64,000 bases of DNA. Origin: a virus. Taxonomy: Duplodnaviria > Caudoviricetes. The number at the start of each line of letters is the position of its first letter. Position 1 is the stretch's first letter. Positions 46,724-54,339 of this stretch are shown in pieces. The position numbers and the translations under genes are program-made. The stretch lies in the IMG/VR virus record IMGVR_UViG_3300010167_000013; one strand, given 5' to 3'. Under the pieces are notes generated by a model. The model saw only the letters and a program-made list of their open reading frames with translations. It did no database searches and was not told the DNA's origin.

Positions 46724-49408
46724 TTACCCTTCATACCCTTTTGGAAATTTGATATCAATCAGAGGTCTGTCATTCGGGTTGGTTATTTTCACATCCATTA
46801 TCTTTTTATAGAGGGACAACAGCTGTGTCTTCATTCTTTCTAGATATTCTTTGTTGTGAGGTACTACGTATTTTTTAGACCCAACAGACAGCAATTCGAT
46901 GTACCAGTCAATGATTTCTAATTTACCTAGCAAGTACGAAATCAACATGTGTTTGTCATTAGAATCTCTGATTGATTCTGCTTCAACGCTAATGTATGCA
47001 ACTAAATCTGTTGGAATCTTTTTCAGTCTCTTCATTCCAAACTTCTCATACATCAACTGAGTCTGAACAGATTCTGATTTGTACTGTCGATCTATTTGTT
47101 CATCGATGAACGTTCTCGAGGATTCTAATATCATGTCCTCGTATCCGTTGAAATACAACATCTCTACGGCTTCTGCCAGATGAGATAAACTCTTCATATT
47201 ATCGCCGGGTTCACAACACTCTCTCAAATTCTTGACCATGTCTTTGACATCTTCAATTATCTTTTTCTTTTCCTTCTCAGGAGCTGCATAGTGAGAAGCT
47301 ATATTTCGAACAAATTTATTGACAGTCTGGATATCATCATCACTAATCGAGAAAGTATCTTTGTTATTCATATCAACTTCATCAAACACAAATAGCAAAC
47401 TCAATGGATATGTGACTAAGCCACTCAGCTTACTGTTGGCAACTAGATGTCTCATGTTATGTCCTAACCTCATAACCTCAATCATCAATCTATTGCCAGC
47501 TTTTTCAAGCTTCGTATCGTAATACTGAACAGCTAATTTGAAGAAATTGTAGGCGTCATTTGGATCTTTCATCGTACGGAATATGTTTGGAGACATCTTG
47601 ATTCTGATCTCAGAATTCTTGTGTATGAAGGACTTGAGAGTTTCTCTTCCATTTATGAAACGAGATACAAAGTCTTGACTCATTGATGGAGATATGAATT
47701 CGAAAATCGGAAGTGATTTGTCCCCATCTAGCGTAATTTTTAACTTGTTGAATCCACTAGTCCACTTCGGTAATAAGTTCTTGGTTATGATATTGGCATA
47801 GATGTTGGCTGTGTACTGAGATACTTTCTTTTTCTTATCCTTGGAGAAGTCGGTCATCAGCGACTGGGATAGAGTTTGTAATGTCTTCTTGGCTTGTGTT
47901 TCAGACATGTCGGTATTATATTCAAGGGTTTCTGAAGATTCGTTAAATATCTTTTTCCCTATTTGTAAAAATTTTTTAGCGGGAAGTATCGCATCGATTT
48001 GAATTTCCATATGCTCTATGTCTATCCCAGACTGTGAAACGTCCGTGAGTGAAAATACCACCTGAGAACTTATGGAATTAATGTTTTTTCGAAATTGAAT
48101 GTAATCCGATCTATTTATCAATACATTAGCCACATCAGTATAGATAAAAGCTAGCCCTTCATTGGAAAACAACTGAGCTTTTGATTTATTCTCCGTGGTT
48201 TTCACGAGTGTTCCAAACGTGGCAACCCCTCTATACATATCTTCAACATCTTGAACCAGTCCTTTAGCTGCCAATGGATAGCTCTTATCAAATACATTCC
48301 TAATATGTATAGTAGCCCTATTCTCATATTTTGTTAAATCGAATACAGATGTCCCCAGTATATTTGATACTGTGTTTCTTATGAATTTACTATTGATCTT
48401 AGAATCTATCTTGGGTATTAAATATCCTACAAACTTCCAAACACCGTCTACTATAATGGCATCTATAAACTTAATAAATATAGATTCCATGATAGTAGAG
48501 TCAGTCTCCAAAAGCATTTCACCGGACTCTTTTAATTCCTTTACTTTGTCATGTGCTGATTCCAAAACTTCCCCACTTTTACCAGATGGAGTTTTAGTTA
48601 TTCTTTTATCTGGTTGACTGAACCACCCACAATGTTTACACCATATGGATCCTCCACCATACACCCAGGAGTGTTTACAGTTCATTGCTTCTTCTTTGCT
48701 CGCATTGTTCCTAGTTGGTTCTGGATAATTCCAACTACCTGTGTCGAGATGTTTTTCGTCGAATGCATCAGAAGATTCTGACTCCTTTAATTCCTTTGGC
48801 TTCTTCACGTTCTTATTCCCCACATTCTCCAGTAGATCCCATACCTGCTTTGCTATTTCATTCGATGGATATGCATCCCATCCTTCAAAGTCTTTGTCCT
48901 CTGACTCGTTGTCTAGTCTGATTTTGTACTCCTTCTGTATTCCAGATTTCATTTCAGCATACACGTCAGAAATGAATTGGTGAAGAAGTTTCTCAATGGA
49001 GTTCTTTTGCCCGTTCTTGAAATGCCCTGTAATTTGTACCATACAATCATATTTTCCATTACCTTTGTCAGTTACTCGAACCATTCCAACATCAGAATTG
49101 TTTTTCGGTGGAGTGCAAAAGATTGCAACATTCTTCATTGCTTCTCTTGAGTCATTGATCTTGTCGTACTTCGGACTCTTGACTAAGGTTTTAACTTTGT
49201 CTATTATCGACTTATTTACTGACCTTAGAGTTGTCTGAAGATCACTTGGAAGATCCGAGAAAGACCCATCTCGATAGTTTTTCTCATTAAAAACATTTTC
49301 TGTTATATCATCCAAGTAGGCAGATTCAGTCTTCAAGAATCCTTGGGCTTTACTATCATTGATTACATTTCTTGCCGCATTCAAATTGGCCAATACATTT
49401 GTCTTCAT
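46724..49408 (-). CDS. Large putative internal head protein
   Basis: 894 aa in the head region, with many xxE-S candidate protease sites. Confidence 0.55.
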   Translation of the reverse strand: MKTNVLANLNAARNVINDSKAQGFLKTESAYLDDITENVFNEKNYRDGSFSDLPSDLQTTLRSVNKSIIDKVKTLVKSPKYDKINDSREAMKNVAIFCTPPKNNSDVGMVRVTDKGNGKYDCMVQITGHFKNGQKNSIEKLLHQFISDVYAEMKSGIQKEYKIRLDNESEDKDFEGWDAYPSNEIAKQVWDLLENVGNKNVKKPKELKESESSDAFDEKHLDTGSWNYPEPTRNNASKEEAMNCKHSWVYGGGSIWCKHCGWFSQPDKRITKTPSGKSGEVLESAHDKVKELKESGEMLLETDSTIMESIFIKFIDAIIVDGVWKFVGYLIPKIDSKINSKFIRNTVSNILGTSVFDLTKYENRATIHIRNVFDKSYPLAAKGLVQDVEDMYRGVATFGTLVKTTENKSKAQLFSNEGLAFIYTDVANVLINRSDYIQFRKNINSISSQVVFSLTDVSQSGIDIEHMEIQIDAILPAKKFLQIGKKIFNESSETLEYNTDMSETQAKKTLQTLSQSLMTDFSKDKKKKVSQYTANIYANIITKNLLPKWTSGFNKLKITLDGDKSLPIFEFISPSMSQDFVSRFINGRETLKSFIHKNSEIRIKMSPNIFRTMKDPNDAYNFFKLAVQYYDTKLEKAGNRLMIEVMRLGHNMRHLVANSKLSGLVTYPLSLLFVFDEVDMNNKDTFSISDDDIQTVNKFVRNIASHYAAPEKEKKKIIEDVKDMVKNLRECCEPGDNMKSLSHLAEAVEMLYFNGYEDMILESSRTFIDEQIDRQYKSESVQTQLMYEKFGMKRLKKIPTDLVAYISVEAESIRDSNDKHMLISYLLGKLEIIDWYIELLSVGSKKYVVPHNKEYLERMKTQLLSLYKKIMDVKITNPNDRPLIDIKFPKGYEG

Positions 49409-50463
49409 AGTGTTGAACTCACCTCCTGCATCCCTTGAATATTTTTGAAGCTATTCAAAATTTTTTCAGCATCATCGATCTTTGATAGAGAGGAATTCTT
49501 ATATTGCATGTCACTAATATTCTTGGAGAGTTTCCTTAGGATCCCAATGTTATATTCAATCTTTTTTATATAACCACTATAGCTACTGACAGGACGATGT
49601 GATATTATATCTCCTATTCCAGGACTATTATTGATAGTATATTTATCATAATTAGTTACTGGTAATTGGCCCCTAGTATAACCTCTGACCTTGGGAGTAA
49701 ACTGAAATTGGCTAAAGTTGGACATATTCCAGAAAAGTTTGGTAGTTTTATATTTATTCGCACCCTGTCTATCGTTATCGTCTTTACTGATGTGGTATTC
49801 TTCCCAAGTCCCTTTTTTCAATTGTTTTGCCTCATCAATAAATGCACTCTTAAAAGTATCAGATTGGATCAGTTTTTCTACCGAATTGTTCTGCATGAGT
49901 CTAGGTTGAGATTTTATCAAAGTACTAACAACTTGCATTAACAGTTCTCGACCTTTGCCAAATACTGGAACTAATCGAACTGATGATATTTGTTTTCCGT
50001 CTTTGTGAAATATTGATAATACCTTCAATGATTTACTTAGATGATCTATGTGACCATATCTCTTTATCGTTTTCTTGACCTCCGATAATGCATCAGAGTG
50101 CATTTTGTTGATGTCATCCTTTGTTTTATTTGGGAAAACCGCTGACGTCATCGCCTTGTCTCCAACTACTGTGATATCACTTGGGAGAAGTTCAAATTGA
50201 ATAGCTACTCTGTCTCCAGTATCAATATCAAATCCTATCCGATATGCATACTTTAGATCTTTATGAGACTTTTCAAATAACACCGAATAAAAATTTTCTA
50301 ATTGTTCAATGCTCTCTACTACTCCGCGAGAAGTAAATAGTGAACTAGGGTCTTCAATGTCTGGTTTATATTCTTCATATGATAATACCATTTCTTCCAA
50401 ATAATCTAGAACATCGGAATCAAGTCTAGCATCCGAACATATTTTATTTATCTCATCATTCAT
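49405..50463 (-). CDS. Hypothetical protein, possibly head-packaged
   Basis: 352 aa; acidic N-terminus ending VLFE followed by a basic domain. Confidence 0.6.
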   Translation of the reverse strand: MNDEINKICSDARLDSDVLDYLEEMVLSYEEYKPDIEDPSSLFTSRGVVESIEQLENFYSVLFEKSHKDLKYAYRIGFDIDTGDRVAIQFELLPSDITVVGDKAMTSAVFPNKTKDDINKMHSDALSEVKKTIKRYGHIDHLSKSLKVLSIFHKDGKQISSVRLVPVFGKGRELLMQVVSTLIKSQPRLMQNNSVEKLIQSDTFKSAFIDEAKQLKKGTWEEYHISKDDNDRQGANKYKTTKLFWNMSNFSQFQFTPKVRGYTRGQLPVTNYDKYTINNSPGIGDIISHRPVSSYSGYIKKIEYNIGILRKLSKNISDMQYKNSSLSKIDDAEKILNSFKNIQGMQEVSSTL

Positions 50464-50501
50464 ATATTAACCCCTTTATATAAAAAATAAAGGGATTATT
50501 A

Positions 50502-50915
50502 TTACAATCCCTCTGTCTGAAGAGCGTATTCTAATTCCTGTTTAGATATCTCACGTATCCAATACGAACTTAATAGTTCATAGTTTTCCGTAAGGAATGC
50601 TACGATCTTGTCCCAGTGATCCCGGATACCGAAGAATTCTAAGTCACTCTCAAACCTGTGAGATGGGCATGCGAATGACACTTCTCCATTGACGATATGT
50701 ACTAGCATACCTGAATATCGTCCCATGGTGAGTTCTGGGCCAGATATTCTGAATGGAAATCCAATTGTTCCATCTATGGATATAGGTCTATCGGAATTAT
50801 CTATCCATACATGTACATATGGGGGTAACTGTGCACCTCTGATATACATCTTATTTGTAGATAACTCCAGCAGGTGCTCTAGTGGAACCCATTGGGAAAT
50901 ATGATCTTTTACCAT
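50502..50915 (-). CDS. Hypothetical early protein, distant resemblance to 16433-16867
   Basis: LLELS...LP...VWID...I..FL..N..LL..YW pattern; AAGGAG RBS. Confidence 0.55.
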   Translation of the reverse strand: MVKDHISQWVPLEHLLELSTNKMYIRGAQLPPYVHVWIDNSDRPISIDGTIGFPFRISGPELTMGRYSGMLVHIVNGEVSFACPSHRFESDLEFFGIRDHWDKIVAFLTENYELLSSYWIREISKQELEYALQTEGL

Positions 50916-50946
50916 TTCGAATCATCTCCTTATTTATATTCAGCTT

Positions 50947-50977
50947 ATAATATATAATTAGAAAATGATCATATACG
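50947..50977 (-). promoter_or_regulatory. Bipartite early-type promoter
   Basis: CGTATAT-N11-AATTATATATTAT. Confidence 0.6.
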
Positions 50978-51075
50978 CTATATTTCAAACTCTCAATTAC
51001 ATATTTTTGATTCCTTCTCACATTGGGAATTAATCCATGTTAACATTATATCGAGGTTGACGATAGACGAAAGAA

Positions 51076-51107
51076 TATAGTAGCAGGGACTAGTCCCTGC
51101 TACTATA
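51076..51107 (-). terminator. Terminator after major capsid gene
   Basis: 32-bp perfect palindrome TATAGTAGCAGGGACTAGTCCCTGCTACTATA. Confidence 0.7.
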
Positions 51108-51159
51108 CTCGATATTATTGGGAGGGATAAAATATGGTGATGGCCGAATTTATCATCTA

Positions 51160-53028
51160 TTACGGAGTTGGGAATGCGGCCAACGGTGCCCACGGAGCTC
51201 CTGTAATCGGAGGACGTACTGGAGCGGGACCATAGACGCGTTCGCTGTTGAGCATAATCAAGCGACCCTGGATTCCTTGAACAGCTAAGGTATGGAACCT
51301 CGAGGTAGCAGTGACTATGTTGTACGCACCACCAGGAGCATTCGTACTCTGGTAAGCAGTCTGGCTCTGGGAAGTGAACAGGTGCGAAGTGTACTTCAAG
51401 TGACGGAAGGAAATATGTTCTGGGGTTGTCGGATATCCGTACAGGTGAAGTATGAGTTCCCTAGCAGGAGGAGTTACTCCATCAGGATTAGTAATCGGAT
51501 CAACAGTATATGCATCATACAGATTGGTAGCTACTACACGAACATTAGCTCCCATATCAGTAGCAAAACCATAGCTGTTATTTACAGTGATACCACCAAT
51601 GGTTGCACCTTGTTGGGTCTTCCACTGAACGAATTCAGTTATCAGCTGACACGCCATCGGGTTGCCGACGATGATGAAGCTGAGGTTATCCATCTTCAAG
51701 CTCTCAGTGATCTGATGGATTAACGCCTTGAGGCGGAACTGAATGGCCGTCGAGATATACTTGAACGGATCGCCAGCAAAGTACGACGGAGGACTAAGGT
51801 CAACTTGGAATGCCATTGCAAGAGATTCCAATTTGTAGATATCAGTAGTAACACCGTGGTACATCTCGAATTGGTTATTGAGGAATTTGATAACAGTCAT
51901 GCACTCTTGCATTTCCTGAGTCTTGACAATTTCATCAACCATCCGGTTGTAGTAATTGATGTCAAGCAACGCAGCGGCATCTTCGATTTCTTCAATCGAG
52001 AAAGGCATGTTCCAACGCGGTCCATCCTCGATCGTGAAACGGAGAATGTCTCTCTTCTCACGGACACTAATGTGACGAAGGTTTTTCTCATTGGAAAGAT
52101 ACCCAGAGAATACAACACCTTCTACCTGTCCACTAGACGAAGACATATCGATAGTACCGTTTTTGAAATCAACTTTACCACTCAGGGTATCTTCTACATC
52201 GGTGCCACCCTCACTGGTAAACTTGAGATCTCCATTGATAAGAGTTCCACCAGTCGAGAATTCAACCGTAATACCATTGCCCTTGAGACGAATTACTTCA
52301 GTACCAACTTGAACACCAATTATCTTGAACTGGAAGCTGAGTTGATCAAGACCAGGGGTACCATCAGTAAGACTGCTGATTATATCATACTTCCAGAGTT
52401 TCCCAGCAACAAACGGTACAACCTCTTCGCGAATCGGATGACCTTTTGATGCATTCCACATTTCTTCCCAAGTACCATCGAACATACATTTCGGATACTC
52501 TAACTCTTCACCAGTCTCATTGTTAACCATGTAGGTTGTGCGAATATGCTTGGTGATGTTCGGAGTTTTTACCGTTTCTACTTCGATGATGTCCTTGAGG
52601 ATGGACTGGAAGAACTGCTTCAAGAGAACCGGGAATTCAAGAGTTGCAATCGGTAAGAACCCAGTCATACTGGCAGACTCACTATAGTTCCTGACCTTCG
52701 TATCCCAGAATTTCTGCACGTTCTCGATGATGCTTTCGATGTGAGGATCATTCGGAGACATTGCCCTAAAGCCTTCAAACACTGGCTCCATGAGAGCCGT
52801 CTTGTACTCCTCCATGAATGAACGATCAGCCATCATTCCACGCATGTCGGTCTTGATGTCGATAGAGTTGTTCTCCTTGTAGTGCTCGTAAAGATCGTTG
52901 AAGTGCTCGTCAAGAGTTTTTACACCCTCTTGCTGAAAAGCTCCGAAGGAACTAGCAGGAGCTACATACCCACTATTTTTTCTCTCAGCAGCAGATTCAT
53001 AGAACCAGCCCACTTTGTTTTTGCTCAT
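51160..53028 (-). CDS. Major capsid protein precursor
   Basis: 622 aa with the strongest high-expression codon bias in the window; N-terminal propeptide ending YSESAS; late promoter upstream; located in the head cluster. Confidence 0.75.
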   Translation of the reverse strand: MSKNKVGWFYESAAERKNSGYVAPASSFGAFQQEGVKTLDEHFNDLYEHYKENNSIDIKTDMRGMMADRSFMEEYKTALMEPVFEGFRAMSPNDPHIESIIENVQKFWDTKVRNYSESASMTGFLPIATLEFPVLLKQFFQSILKDIIEVETVKTPNITKHIRTTYMVNNETGEELEYPKCMFDGTWEEMWNASKGHPIREEVVPFVAGKLWKYDIISSLTDGTPGLDQLSFQFKIIGVQVGTEVIRLKGNGITVEFSTGGTLINGDLKFTSEGGTDVEDTLSGKVDFKNGTIDMSSSSGQVEGVVFSGYLSNEKNLRHISVREKRDILRFTIEDGPRWNMPFSIEEIEDAAALLDINYYNRMVDEIVKTQEMQECMTVIKFLNNQFEMYHGVTTDIYKLESLAMAFQVDLSPPSYFAGDPFKYISTAIQFRLKALIHQITESLKMDNLSFIIVGNPMACQLITEFVQWKTQQGATIGGITVNNSYGFATDMGANVRVVATNLYDAYTVDPITNPDGVTPPARELILHLYGYPTTPEHISFRHLKYTSHLFTSQSQTAYQSTNAPGGAYNIVTATSRFHTLAVQGIQGRLIMLNSERVYGPAPVRPPITGAPWAPLAAFPTP

Positions 53029-53081
53029 AATTAATATTCTCCTTTACCATAAATTTTAATACGGCATTTGCCGAGGTGATT

Positions 53082-53093
53082 TAATTGATTGTT
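53082..53093 (-). promoter_or_regulatory. Late-type promoter (AACA-N6-TA) of the capsid gene
   Basis: AACAATCAATTA, 54 nt upstream of the start. Confidence 0.5.
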
Positions 53094-53707
53094 TACTCCA
53101 TCGCCTTCATCCCTTTTTGAATATTTTTTCCAAAGATGTCATTGAGCAATTTGAGTAAATTAAGACACTTATTAAAGAACAGTAGGTTTTTGCTGTAGTT
53201 CTCGTTCAAAAAATAATTAGCTAGATATGCACGAATGTTTTCATCTAGCTTCTTCAATGACGAAACTATATCCAGTGAATCATTGGATATTGTGAATAAT
53301 ACATCATTGTTATTTTTTATCATCGAGAGTTGATTTCCTACGCTATTTAATAATGATAGAAATCGTTGATACAGATTCTGATTCATGATAGCTGATATCT
53401 TTTCATCAAGTCCCAAATCTTCAGGAACTTCTTCCTCAGATCCGATATCTCCGAACCCTTCTTCATCTCCAAAATCTTCTCCTAATTCAGGAGGATCTGA
53501 CCCAGACATATCACCCCCTGGATCTCCTCCACTTGCTGCTGGTAAATCAGGAGGATCTCCACCACCGGTATCAGGAGGTGCATCTGAAGTAGGTTCTTCG
53601 GCGGGAATATCCGGAGGAGGATCTCCAGGAGCTTCATATATGACTCGTTCAAATAGACTAAGTTCTCTTTCCATGTTTCCTTCACCCACCTCCCTTTTCA
53701 AAGACAC
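53093..53707 (-). CDS. Acidic Pro/Gly-rich head assembly protein (scaffold-like)
   Basis: GDPP repeats followed by a helical C-terminus; adjacent to the capsid gene; likely start MERELS. Confidence 0.55.
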   Translation of the reverse strand: MSLKREVGEGNMERELSLFERVIYEAPGDPPPDIPAEEPTSDAPPDTGGGDPPDLPAASGGDPGGDMSGSDPPELGEDFGDEEGFGDIGSEEEVPEDLGLDEKISAIMNQNLYQRFLSLLNSVGNQLSMIKNNNDVLFTISNDSLDIVSSLKKLDENIRAYLANYFLNENYSKNLLFFNKCLNLLKLLNDIFGKNIQKGMKAME

Positions 53708-54339
53708 TATAGTATCTTAGCCATCTCTTTAGTCCCGCCTACTCTAATAAGTTTCTTATTTAATTCGTTCTTGAAGCGCATCAGTTGATATTTGGCTTTG
53801 TTGTCTCCCTTGGAATTAGCATCTCTGATCTTCTCATCGATGATTTCAAGTTCGGCTTTCAACTCACCTATCATCTCATTACGAAGTCTAAATTCATTTC
53901 TGTTCTTCCCGATCTTCCTAGTTATGGATAGAAATAGGAACACTGGGTTCAGAAGTATACCAGCCTTGAATAGTGATCCTCCAATGATAGATGCTTTCAC
54001 AGCTTTGAATATATTACTTCTAGCATGAGGATCAGCCATCTTTTCTTTGATATTATTTTCATCAGCGTCTTTCCACTGATTGATCATGTTGGTTACCCAT
54101 TGAGAAGTTCTTTTCAATGGTTTTACAAATGCTTTGCCAACATTCACTGTATCTTGAACCTTTTTCTTGGCTGCCTGTTGACCTTTGTTGAGGGCCCTAT
54201 CAATGTCCATCATGGTATCTCGGATTGGGTGATCTGACTCTGGTTTATCTTTGTCAGCATCTCCAACAGCTTCAGCTATCCCTTTGGGATGATGTTCAAT
54301 ACGTACATCCCCTATCCCTTCTGGAATGTACTCAACTGA
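53707..54339 (-). CDS. Head-region ORF, probable -1 frameshift extension of the upstream gene
   Basis: No SD at its TTG; overlaps the upstream ORF at T_TTT_TTT; C-terminal ELKAELEIIDEKIRDA..KGD..KY.LMR coiled coil. Confidence 0.6.
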   Translation of the reverse strand, partial: SVEYIPEGIGDVRIEHHPKGIAEAVGDADKDKPESDHPIRDTMMDIDRALNKGQQAAKKKVQDTVNVGKAFVKPLKRTSQWVTNMINQWKDADENNIKEKMADPHARSNIFKAVKASIIGGSLFKAGILLNPVFLFLSITRKIGKNRNEFRLRNEMIGELKAELEIIDEKIRDANSKGDNKAKYQLMRFKNELNKKLIRVGGTKEMAKIL

